Made by a program: the position numbers and the translations under genes
Source of the DNA: Macrostomum lignano
Lineage: Eukaryota
Reading direction: 5' to 3'
Length of the DNA: 64,000 bases
Assembly (NCBI GenBank): GCA_002269645.1
Contig: NIVC01002802.1
Span: forward strand, 62,001-126,000
Notes under the pieces: generated by a model
Told to the model about the DNA's origin: nothing
Seen by the model: only the letters and a program-made list of their open reading frames with translations
Databases searched by the model: none
Shown: positions 1-37,622 of the stretch, piece after piece
Numbering within the stretch: the stretch's first letter is position 1
How the letters are laid out: every line of letters starts with the position of its first letter

Positions 1-440
1 GAAAGAGTGGTGAGACTGAATGACTTGTGAGAGTGAATGAGGGGTGAGAGTGAATGAGGGGTGAGAGTGAAATAGTGGTGAGAGTGAATGAGAGGTGAGA
101 GTGATTGAGTGGTGAGAGTGAAAGAGTGGTGAGAGTGAATGAGGGGTGACAGTGAAAGAGTGGTGAGAGTGAAATAGTGGTGAGAGTGATTGAATGGTGA
201 GAGTGAATGAGTGAAGAGAGTGAATGAGTGGTGGGAGTGAATGAGTGGTGGGAGTGAATGAGTGGTGAGAGTGAATGAGTGCTGAGAGTGAATGAGTGGT
301 GGGAGTGAATGAGTGGTGGGAGTGAATGAGTGGTGGGAGTGAATGAGTGGTGAGAGTGAATGAGTGGTGAGAGTGAATGAGTGCTGAGAGTGAATGAGTG
401 GTGCGAGTGAATGAGTGCTGAGAGTGAATGAGTGGTGACA
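1..440. repeat. Minisatellite, ~17-bp unit GAGTGAATGAGTGGTGA
   Basis: Direct inspection. Confidence 0.9.
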
Positions 441-919
441 CGGAGAACAAATGCAGGAACAGGTAACACTGAAGTCAATGGCAATCCGAACATGGAACGA
501 ACGCATCCAGCAGGGGGCTGAGTCGCATTTAAATGAAGAATAAATGAATAATCAATATTACGAAACTACAAAGCACAATAGAAAAATACCTGTATTAGGT
601 ACTGTCACTGGTAAATAATTTTATTTTTCTTTTCTTTTATTGAAAACTATTTGCGAAACAAATTAAACAGAGTTTCGTGGTTTTTTTAACCTAAATGCAG
701 ACAGTATACTCACCAGTGCTTTCAGTTGTAAGGGCTGAAATTTTATATTAGTAAAACTGTAATCTAATCAAATATAAGAAGTATATTACGAAGTAGTTTC
801 CGTGTAAATTTATAGAAAACTGACAATATCATACATGTGAAGGTAATAGTTTTCATATTGTTGCAACAACTGGTTTTTAATAATCACTGTTAATAAGCGA
901 GTGCGCAAGCAGGCCAATT

Positions 920-1390
920 AGTGAATGAGTGAATGTGAGTGAGTGAATAAGTTGGTGTGTGACTGAGTGATTTGGTGGGTGAATGAGTGGATGAGTGAAT
1001 GAGTAAGTGAGAGAATGAGTGAATGAGTGAATGAGTGAATGAGTGAGTGAATGAGTGGGTGATTGAGTGGGTGATTGAGTGGGTGAATGAGTGAGTGAGT
1101 GAGTGAATGATGAATTATGAGTGAATGAGTGAGTGAGTGAATGAATGAGTGAGTAAATGAGTTGGTGATTGAGTGGGTGAATGAGTGAGTAAGTGAGTGA
1201 GTGAGTGAATGATGAGTGAATGAGTGAGTGAGTGAGTGAGTGAATGAGTGAGTGAGTGAGTGAGTGAATGATGAGTGAGTGAGTGAGTGAGTGAGTGAGT
1301 GAGTGAGTGAGTGAGTGAGTGAGTGAGTGAGTGAGTAAATAAGTGGGTGATTGAGTGATTGAATGAGATAGTGAGTGAGTGAGATGGCTA
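920..1390. repeat. (GAGT/GAAT)n microsatellite
   Basis: Direct inspection. Confidence 0.9.
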
Positions 1391-1606
1391 ATTAGTGCAA
1401 ATTAAATAAAATGCTAACTAGTTCAGTCCACTACGTAAATAGAGAGACCTATTGGACAACTTCGTACTTATTTCTACCTTTTGCACATTGGTTGCACATC
1501 AGGAAGCGGTCGTATACAGCACTATTTAATACTTAGCTATTTTTTAATCTCAATAAAAAGTTAGAAAATGTGTACATGAAGTTCAATATAGAAGCGACAG
1601 ACTTAC

Positions 1607-27579
<25,973 letters not shown>

Positions 27580-27718
27580 TGTTTGATTAATAAACAATTT
27601 ATGGTTATTAATTTGGCTACGCAACTGTCTACAGCTTCTTTAGCTTTACATGAAAGTAAAATTATTAAATATATGATTGTGTGACAATAAGTAAAACTTG
27701 TCTGTAAAAATTATAGAT

Positions 27719-27925
27719 CAAGGGTTGGCAAACCATTTTTAACATAAGGGCCAGAAATAAAATCTAGTGCATGACAATGGGTCATGAGCCATGAGCAAGC
27801 CAGATTTCTATTGTGAAGTTCTGAAGGACCTAAGGGCCAAATAGAGGTTCCTCTCTAAGATAGATAAAGAACTAAAGTTTCCCAACATCTGGGTTAGATA
27901 GATGACTAGAGTTTGCCAACCCTTG
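27719..27925. mobile_element. hAT/Charlie-like MITE, short (empty) copy
   Basis: Perfect 15-bp TIR CAAGGGTTGGCAAAC / GTTTGCCAACCCTTG; internal aagggccaga and aaggacctaagggcc shared with other copies; no direct TSD found. Confidence 0.75.
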
Positions 27926-28988
27926 AATCTATAAACAATAAGCTGAAACATGATCATTAATATAAAATTGAAAGTTGAAATACTATACTGTAAGATTTTT
28001 TAACTACTTAAACCTTATTATTAAAAATCCTCATTACAGAAAAATATAAAACTATATTTAAAAACAAAACTATCTAGGTAGGTACTAATAAATAGGCTTA
28101 TAAAAAATTCATTAATTTCACAAAAAAAGAATATTTGTTAAGCTATAAATAAAATTATAGCTATAGTATAATATATAGCTAAGATAATAAAATAGATATC
28201 TGTGGTATCTGTAAATTAAAGAACTACTATTGTGACCACAAGTATAAAAATATAATATGCCTAATTTAAAAGCTAGCCAAAGTTTTTTACAGCAAAAGTT
28301 ATAGAAGACCAACATTAAAAATATTTGTTTATATACATTTTTTGGCTTACAGTTGGCAATAAGTATTAGTTATTTTATTAGGTATTAGCTATTTTACTAT
28401 TAAGCTTTTTTTCTTTCTTAAACTGGTTAGCTACTAAGAAATAGACATAAGATAATGATAAGGACAGGAAAGTTAAGAGCTGCCTAACAACCTCTTTTAA
28501 TATACTAATATTATTAAAATGCTATATATTATTAAGAAAATGATTTAGGAGAGACAAATTCAAAATATGCAATAACTTGAGAGATATGCATACAGAATAC
28601 TCTTTTAAGACTGACATAGACATTTTTATTTTATTATCATTAATTGTTAAATTAATTGTAATTCTTACATTGTAAAGCTTTCTATTAGGTCCTAGAAGTA
28701 AGTTAAGATGTTTTATATGTATTTAAGACTTTTTGAATAAGAAAAACAACTTGTTGCTATTTGAACCTTAGAAAAATTTTAAATAGAGTTTCTTTTTTTA
28801 TTTTAGTTTAATTTATTCTAAACATGAGTTAAGACAATTCTGCAATGTTTATTCAGCAGTGCTTATATCTGCAATGCTAATATAAACACACATATAGGCA
28901 CACAAGATATAAGCACACAATTCTGCAGTGCTTAAGCCTATATCAGTCACTAAATATTTTGTTAAAGTGACAGAAATGAATGTACAGA

Positions 28989-29530
28989 TCTCTACATATA
29001 AAAATCAAAACTCTGTGTGTGTGTGTGTGTGTGTCTGTCTGTGTGTGGACAATTTTGATCGCTATGGACTCCCAAACCGCTCAACCAAATGACACCAAAA
29101 TTTACACCCACCCTAAACTTACTACGGAGAATGACTTAGGCTACCTTTTAATTTCCTAAATTTGAGTCTTCCTACCTAAAAGTACAAAAAACTGCTCAAA
29201 ATGCGCATTTTTTTCACTAAATCCTCCATAGCGCCGCTCCACTTCTACCGATTCTCTTCAAATTTGACACAGACAATTTTCAACTATTTTGGCACAATCG
29301 TATAAAATTTCAAGTCTGAAAGTTAATCCTGAACGGCGGTGTGCACTTTTAAAGTTTGGCTGTTTTTTTCAGCGAGGCCGCCACCCCAACCTCCGCCTGC
29401 CTGCCTCTCTTTCCCAATCTGGGCCCAGATGTGTAAAAGGGTTTCAAAATTGACTAACTTTCAGCTGCCATAAGTTTGCTCCACGTAAAGCGATTGACTT
29501 CAAACTTAACACAATTCTTTATTGACTCAT
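28989..29530 (+). mobile_element. Helitron/HINE (DINE-1-like) non-autonomous fragment
   Basis: A|TC start, tctctacatataaaaa, (GT)n/gtct microsatellite, then aaaccgctcaacc..accaaaattt and two similar cga..ttcaaa(t/c)tt..cac subrepeats; 3' CTAG end not identified. Confidence 0.5.
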
Positions 29531-30161
29531 TCTCTATCTAAATGTAAAGTTTCAACTCTGTAACTCAACCGAAAAAGAAACTGTAAGCATGTGAAGTTTG
29601 TCTGCTTTTTCTGTTGTTTGTGCCACTCACTCACTCTACTCATTCCCCCAGAGCCAGACAAAGGGTCAGGCGATAGGACTGAATGTACATAGCAAATGTA
29701 CACAGTGTTTTGGAATAACTTTTTAATAGCCTTCTCTGTACCCCCGCGCATGGAGAGGCTACGTTTAGCCGTGACAGTTTAGTGAGAAATTCTAACCACT
29801 GTCCTCTGTATTGGCAAACTCTGCAGCAGTTTAACACTGGATGGCAATTGGCAAATCGAGGGAATCCAGCATGGTTTGTAAAAGCGAAAGATTTATGAAA
29901 AGGCGAAGCGATGCAATGCAATACAACCCTACTAAATTAGGCACACCATGGAAATTTTAGGTTTCTTTTAAAGGTACTGTGTAAATTTTAAATGGCCTCC
30001 TAAGAAATGCGTATTTCCTTGGTTGTTAGACTGATGCAGACTGCAGTGGAGCTGAAGATACACAAATTCCTTTCAGGGCTGCAAATTGGCAAGAAAGATG
30101 ACGTGATCAAAGCATGAGAACAACCATGAGAGTACTACGTCCCACAAACTGGCTTTCCAAG

Positions 30162-30965
30162 CAGGGATGGGCAGACTTTTACCTCAAAGGCCAGATAAAG
30201 AATCCAGCTCATAGCTGAGGGGCAGATGAAAGTGGAAAGAAGAAAGAATAGACGATTCGAAGAGAGGAGAGGCGACAGAGGGGATAAAAGAAAAGATAAA
30301 AGATAAAAGATAATAGGAGAGATGAGGGGGTGAGGACGATGAGAGAGAGGGAGAGAAGAGGGGAGAGAGGAAAAGCGAGATGAGAGAGCAGAGAGCTGCA
30401 GATGAGAAGAGAGAGGAGACAGCAGAGAGGAGAGCAGAGAGGAAACAGGTGAAAGAAGAGATGAGAGAGTAAAGGGAAGAGAGAAGAGATAAAGATACAT
30501 CTCTACATCTCTAAGGTTGTAGAGATGAGAGAGGTGGAAGGAGAGATGAGAAATGAGAGATGAGAGATAACGGAGAGAGGAGAGTGGAGTGAGAGAAGGG
30601 AGGGAGACAGAGTATAGACAAGGGAAGAGAAGAGAAAAGAAGAAAGGAGAAAGGAAAGTGAGGAGTCAAAAGAGGGGAAATAAAAGAGTACAGAGGAGAG
30701 AGGTGAGAGAACATATAAGACAGAGATGCCAGATTAAAGAGGGGGATGAAAGAGCAGAGACGAGAGTGAACATATGAAAGATGGGAGAGTAGAGAGAACA
30801 GAGGAGAGTTTACAGAGACGAGAGGAGAGAGGAGAGACAAAGGTAGAGAAGTGAGTGAGAAGAGAGGAGAGGAAAGAGGAGAATGGAGAGTGGAGAGAGT
30901 AGAGAGAGGAGGAGAGATAAGAGAGAAAGACAGAGAAGAGAGAAAGACAGAGAAGAGAGAAAGAC

Positions 30966-31028
<63 letters not shown>

Positions 31029-31410
31029 GAACAGAGAGAAATGAGAAGAGATAACAGAGAAAAGATAAAAGAAGTGAAAGGAAAGATGAGAGAGCAAAGA
31101 CGAAAGAGAAAATAGTAGAGGAGAGAGTTAAGAGAAGAGAGAAAAGAATAGAGGAGAGAGGAGAGAGAAAAAGAAAAAGTAGAGAGAGAGGAGAGAGGAG
31201 AAGAGAGAAAGAAGAGACAAGAGATGAGATAAAAGAGATGAAAGAGAAGAGAGATGAGGGAAGATACGAGAGAAGAGGGGAGAGAGGAGAGAGGAGAGAG
31301 GAAAGACGAGGGACGAGAGAGAAGAGAGGAAACAGAAGAGGCGATAGAAATTTTAAAGGATCCAAGGGACATAGGGAGAGTCAGGGAGAGGCCAGAGTTT
31401 GCCAATACAT
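30162..31410. mobile_element. hAT/Charlie-like MITE carrying a 1.1-kb GA-rich array
   Basis: Left cagggatgggcagactttt..aaggccagataaagaatccagc; right aaaggatccaaggg..agtttgccaatacatg. Confidence 0.65.
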
Positions 31411-32911
31411 GTTTTAGAGTCAGACAGACATTACCTGACATTCTGTGCAGTACCCCAGCCAACAATATCAATGTTTGCCTCAAATCCTTACACCAATGTG
31501 TCCATTTTATGTCTACCTCTATCCTACTAACTATTAACAAGTTTTTGTTTGTGTATGGCCTTAGATTTCAGAATTTCCGGGGATTCTCAGTTCCAGGGAT
31601 TGGAATTCCCCGGGTTCAAAATCCGCGGGTATCAACAACTTGTAATATTTTAATTTTAAATGTAACAATGTTAATACTAAAACTAAAAAGGCAGTAGCTT
31701 AATTATTGTATTACATGTAAACTAAAAATAAAGGCAAAAAAGAGATCAAGATGATTCCATATATTATAAATTTACTTAAATGATTTGCACTTTTTAATAG
31801 AAAATATATACCTAAAAATTACTATCAATATCGTACTCATATTGAACTTGGATCACTCACAACCATGTCATTTGATTTTTTAAATAAAGTATAAACAAAT
31901 GTAATATTTATTATTGTTATAATTAATTTATTACTATTTATCAATGACAATAGTAACTATATTAAAGCTTAAAAGATGCTATACATAAACTGTATACAAT
32001 TTCTATGCATTATACAACAATAAAACAGACAAATTAAAAAACAATATTTTAAACAGCGCATTAAATTTTAAGTAGTAGGCCTAGTAGGCCTCCAACAATT
32101 GACTATTGCCAATTCCATTCTTAGCCATAGGCTTAGGCCGGGTTGGAATTCCAAAAAGCATAGGCCTAGAGTAAAGAACAAAAATTCGTTATGCAAGGTA
32201 CAATGCCAACAAAGTTTTGTTATTATTGTTATGCCCTTTAAAAATGTGACATACAATTGCGACGACTAAGTTTGAGAACATTACAAAACGTAGGGTCATG
32301 ACCTAAAGTGACCTTTGACCTCACTGCCCCTGGCGAACTAAAAAACGACATAAACGTCAGCGTGATCTTCAAGACTGAGCTTGGGAAATAATAAAACAGT
32401 TTAAAATAATATAAGGCTTAATTATGGATTTTCTTCAGTCACCAATCGAAATGCATCAGCACGAGTCCACGACATCTAATATATTAATTCTATCAAATAA
32501 TACCATATTCTTGCACTGTAGACGTAGCTCGATTTCAGGTTTTGCAGGAAACAGTTTCCTCGTTTAAAATGCACTATTTTTTTATATATTAACAAATATT
32601 TACAAAATAGTTTTTTAACTCCTATTAGTAAAGCAGCATAAATAAGTTTAGAAACTTATTAAAACTTATTTAACACGAAATAATGGACTTAAATTTAAAA
32701 GATCGCTGAGCAATCATACGTGCACATGTGCATGCACAATTGATCATCCGAAATACACCAACGCGCTTACATTGCATTTTTTCGTACAGTCCTTACATTT
32801 TACCTTTATATGTTGTATATGAACGTATACTTACAATAGGCGTGCTAGTTGACATAGACAATGCAATAATTACTCTCGTATCAGGGCAGAGAGCCATAAT
32901 CAATACAGGGT

Positions 32912-34230
32912 CAGGGGCGTCGGAACCGGGGGGGGGGGGCATGGGGAAGCCCCCCCTGCACTTTATAGCATGATCCTGCAGGTGCCCTTTTTGAATTTTA
33001 AGCAAGTGTCGGCCGGTGTTCGGCTTTGGCTTCTCTGAGTCTTGGAAGCTAAGGGTACCAGCTGATATAATAGTTCATGTTTTTGTTCTCATGCAATCCC
33101 ATTCCATTAGTTTTTATCTAGTGCCTAAGCCTAGTGCTTTTAGGGGTCAGCAAACTTTTTACCTCAAGGGCCAGATTGAGAACAGCGCATGACTGCCCTT
33201 CTGGGTCCGCTTCGCTGAGCCCCCTAATTAAGCGAACGCGCGCCCAGCAGGAGTCCCTGGGCGGGAGAGAGGATAGGGAATAGAGAAGAGATCGAAATAC
33301 GAGCGCAGGAGAAAGGAGAGGCGAAGGAATAAAGGAGAGGAGAGTAGACGAGAAAAGAGATAAAATAGGAGAGGAGAGAGGAGAGGAGAGATAAATGAGA
33401 AGAGGAGAGTCGAAAAATAAGAGAGAGGAGATCAGAGAAGGAGAGGAGAGAGGAGGGAAGGGAGAAGAGAATGGAGAGGAAACGGGAGATGAGAGGAGAG
33501 GAGAGTGGTGAGGAGAAGAGAGGAGAGGAGCGAGGTGAGGAGAGGTGAGGAGATGAGAGGAAGGAGAGGGGAGAGGAGAGGAGAGGATAAGGAAAGGAGA
33601 GGAGAGAGGTGAGGAGATGAGAGGAGAGGAGAGATGAGAGGAGAGGAGAGGAAAGGAGAGAGGAGAGGAGAGGAGAGGAAAGGAGAGGAGAGGAGAGGGG
33701 AATATGAGAAGAGAGAGGTGATCGGGAAGAGAGCTGAGAAGAGACACAATAATAAACATATCGAGCGGGCCGGATTGCTATTGTGAAGATTCAAAGGACC
33801 CAAGGCCGGATATAGAGAGGCTTTGCGGGCCACATTTGGCCCTCAGGGTACTGCAACTAAAGCACTAAAATGCCATCAGATAAAAGAATAAAGAGACAGC
33901 GCAAGAGGCAGGCAGCCAGGCAGAAGACAGGCAAGAGATCCAGAGAACTACTGGTCTTGCTCTGGCAATTTTCATTCATTTGAGATATTTACTAAATAAA
34001 TTGATAGTGCAGTGCAGTTGCGCAATGTTTGAATTAGTTTGAGAATTCAAACATTTTTCAGACTTTTGGCCACTTCCAACACAGAATTGAATATTGGCGC
34101 GGTTGTCACAACTAATGTCACCTGACATAACAGCAGGAGTTTGGGTGCCCTTAGATTTAAAAAATAATGTGCAATGTGCCCTCCCACCAATAGCCCCCCC
34201 CCCACTTTGAAATATGTTCCGACACCGCTG
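32912..34230. mobile_element. Non-autonomous hAT-type element with a nested MITE
   Basis: TIR CAGGGGCGTCGGAAC / GTTCCGACACCGCTG (13/15), subterminal G and C runs; 8-bp TSD TACAGGGT / TATAGGGT (7/8). Confidence 0.75.
33141..33855. mobile_element. hAT/Charlie-like MITE carrying a 0.5-kb GA-rich array
   Basis: Left taggggtcagcaaactttt..aagggccaga; right aaaggacccaaggcc..gcgggccacatttggccc; right TIR degenerate. Confidence 0.7.
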
Positions 34231-34561
34231 TATAGGGTGAGCCAAAAGTTTCCAGAATTTTAACAAATTTAAAACCTTAACTCTTTTTTTTCCATGGAGG
34301 GCGTGGCATAACACGTCTGTATCCCTCCCCCGCGCCATCCTCCGGTCGCGCCCCAAGGAACTGGCAACTACTGCCATAAAATACGCTGATCGTATATATA
34401 CATTGAACAGAGAATTGAATTGTGTATTATACATGTATGTGTACCGTACACATGTATTTAATTGTATCGTAGTCACGTACATGTACTGCACATGCAGTTG
34501 TTTTGTTGTTTTTGGTGCATGCAACTAATAACTGATCGAGCGTGGGTCACGCCAACCCAGA

Positions 34562-35140
34562 AAGTGACTATGCCGACGATCTCGCCTTTGCTACATGTAT
34601 CTTCATGCCTCAACTCTTAAAGGACGCCTAGAGATTGCTAGCTGGACGTGTGCAGTCTGCTGTGGATGCTGTAATTGCGGCGGGAGTGTCGGCCTGATGG
34701 TCAACAAGCGCATAAAACCATGCATCATCGTGAGCTCTGCGTAGTGTAGCGGTCGGCATCGAGGCTAGCTACAAGTCCGTACCGAACGCTAACGGACAGA
34801 CGGCGAAATTTATACGCCATGTCAAACAATTGGTCTACATGTACATGTACCAGGCGATCTGGTTCCCTACGCCCGCCGTATAGGCTTTCCTGAGTTGCAT
34901 TTCATTCTGTGAGGTTCCTGGCAGTCCGCGAGGCCCTTTCTACTAACCGCCAAAGGGAAACGTTTAAATTGTTCGAGGCGGGTGCATGTGGAACGTACGT
35001 TTGTACCATCAATTGCTTTGCAGCGCCGAGGTACCTGCTGGTCGCTGACAGACTAGCTCGAACCGCCTGTTGACGGATGGATGCAATATCGACGCCCCAG
35101 ACAGCGTCGGTGAATCCAGCTGCTGGGCAGGCCATATCCT
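34562..35140 (+). pseudogene. Decayed RTE-type reverse transcriptase fragment
   Basis: DYADDLAF at 34566-34589, then GLMVNKR, KLFEA and LLCSAEV (cf. LLYGxETW), interrupted by stops and frameshifts. Confidence 0.65.
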
Positions 35141-36492
35141 CATTCGTATACTACTCACAGCCGGTGTAGGAGGTGCTGCTGCTGACAATGTTGCATGCAT
35201 GCACCGTACCGCGGGGAGGACAGTCGCCAGCCTTTGCTAGCTGATACCAGAACCGGTTGTCGCTGTTCTCAAATTTTGAGACCTTCAGACAGAGGACATG
35301 TACATGTACGTATTGCATGCTGTTGTTGTTGTTGTAGTCAGAAAACCGTGTTTGCGGAAAACTAGGAGCTATGAATTGTATAGCCGCTTAAACAAAAATT
35401 AGGTTTGCCAATGACCGTTCTAAGTGGCCTTAAATGTAAATACATACTCATAGCCATAATAGTAAAAAAATCAGAGCCAAAATCTCGTCAGAACTCATAT
35501 GCAAAGCGAATTGCGTCCGATACACTCATAAATATATGTTTTGACAACTTTATATTATAATTTGTCTCTTTTTATCTGAACGCTGTCATTAGAAAAACAG
35601 TTGCGAAATGTCACAGAACCAACATTGAAAACTGCATAAATTCTAATAAAACTAGCCAAAATTCCAATTATATATAATCGACATGAATTATAACGATATA
35701 AAATGAAGCTCGATGAAATACAGTTTAAATTAGGCGTATACCAAAATACAGACTCCTACTTGAGCCACAGCATTAAGATACGCTCGCAAATACAAGTTAA
35801 AGAAATAACTTACTGCACGTAAACGTACATAATTATGGAATGTTAGCGAAAACACTAGCGGACAACAAAATGTCCTATTGGTTATTACAGTAGTAGCATA
35901 TATACTGTTTACTCAGGGTCAAGGGCAGTTTTAGCGTAGGCAGTGTATTTTAGTTTCGTTTTACTTGTACATGTATAGTACAGTGAACTGTAGTTGTAAA
36001 AATAATAAAGCATTCGTCATGATAATTCAACCATAATAGGTAATCATATTTAATTATTTATATATGAAACGTGGCGAGAATGGTGCAGCATAGCCAATAA
36101 TACATGTAAATACGCTCGTATATATCATTTTACATATACTTCTGAGCAGCAATGGTGCAACAAATTTAGACATAAAATGAAAGATCGGGTGCATCTTTTC
36201 GTTAAAAGAAGCATCGTTTAATATCGCGTCTGACACGGGGGCAAGCACAATAAAACTGACAAAAGTATAACAATTGATCGCTCATAAATAGAAGTAAAAC
36301 AAAATAAAAATTCAAAACAGTATATTTTGAAAGGAACGGAATGTGAGCAAATATGAATATGAACCTCTTAGAGTTTTTTCGAATGTTTGAGAGAATATTT
36401 GGGATTAAATATAAGTGACGGCAGTTGTCAAAAAATATTATTATTCTACGTTCACAGATCTCTAAACTCGTCATGATCCATCCAGTTGCTGA

Positions 36493-37262
36493 CTCCAGCT
36501 GCAGTACCAACTACTGAACTCTAAACACTCATCAGAGCTGCTGAGACTTCCGTACCAACTACACTAAACTCTAAACACTCATCAGAGCTGATGTGACTTC
36601 AGTACCAACTATACTGAACTCTAAACACCCATCAGAGCTGATGTGACTTCAGTACCAACTATACTGAACTCTAAACACTCATCAGAGCTGCTGAGACTTC
36701 CGTACCAACTATACTGAACTCTAAACACCCATCAGAGCTGATGTGACTTTAGTACCAACTATACTGAATTCTAAACACCCATCAGAGCTGATGTGACTTC
36801 AGTACCAACTATACTGAACTCTAAACACCCATCAGAGCTGATGTGACTTCAGTACCAACTATACTGAATTCTAAACACCCATCAGAGCTGATGTGACTTC
36901 AGTACCAACTATACTGAACTCTAAACACCCATCAGAGCTGATGTGACTTCAGTACCAACTATACTGAACTCTAAACACCCATCAGAGCTGATGTGACTTC
37001 AGTACCAACTACACTGAACTCTAAACACCCATCAGAGCTGATGTGACTTCAGTACCAACTATACTGAACTCTAAACACCCATCAGAGCTGATGTGACTTC
37101 AGTACCAACTATACTGAACTCTAAACACCCATCAGAGCTGATGTGACTTCAGTACCAACTATACTGAACTCTAAACACACATCAGAGCTGATGTGACTTC
37201 AGTACCAACTATACTGAACTCTAAACACCCATCAGAGCTGATGTGACTTCAGTACCAACTAC
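36493..37262. repeat. 50-bp tandem repeat, ~15 copies, downstream of the cadherin stop
   Basis: Unit AGTACCAACTATACTGAACTCTAAACACCCATCAGAGCTGATGTGACTTC; no spacers. Confidence 0.95.
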
Positions 37263-37378
37263 TTAACTCAAAGACTAGCCTGAAAATACTATTAAAAGCA
37301 ATAATACTAAGCATGCTGTATTCGCTTTTTTAAAATCCCCAGTGCTTGTAAAATACAACAGTGCAAAGGAATTACTAC

Positions 37379-37622
37379 TCAAATCTCACTAGTAGGCATA
37401 TTTCGCAGAGTTGGGTGGTCGCTGAGGCTGTTTGGACCAGCCTCCACCGCGGCCGATAGAATAGCATTATTGGGATCTTCATCGAGGTTAATCCTTGGTC
37501 CGCTAGGACCCCCAGCGGTGGTGTCGTCTTCGTAGAAATTGACAGATTTTTCCAGTTCGTCGAAACGTTTGATGCAGAAGGCGAGTTGATTGTGAAGCTG
37601 GCTGTCATGGGAGATTCGGTCA
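37379..37622 (-). CDS. Cadherin terminal exon B (ends PTSEI*)
   Basis: Strong acceptor ctcttacgattcaccctgtcatcttcag|, phase 2; acidic FDELEKSVNFYEDD segment; PDZ-type C-terminus reminiscent of CDH23 ITEL. Confidence 0.7.

Noticed and set aside
30135-33833. Ser/Leu/Pro-rich 130-280 aa ORFs
   Set aside because: Translations of GA/CT tracts inside MITEs.
36493-37262. CRISPR-like array
   Set aside because: Units are contiguous with no unique spacers, there are no cas genes, and the context is eukaryotic.
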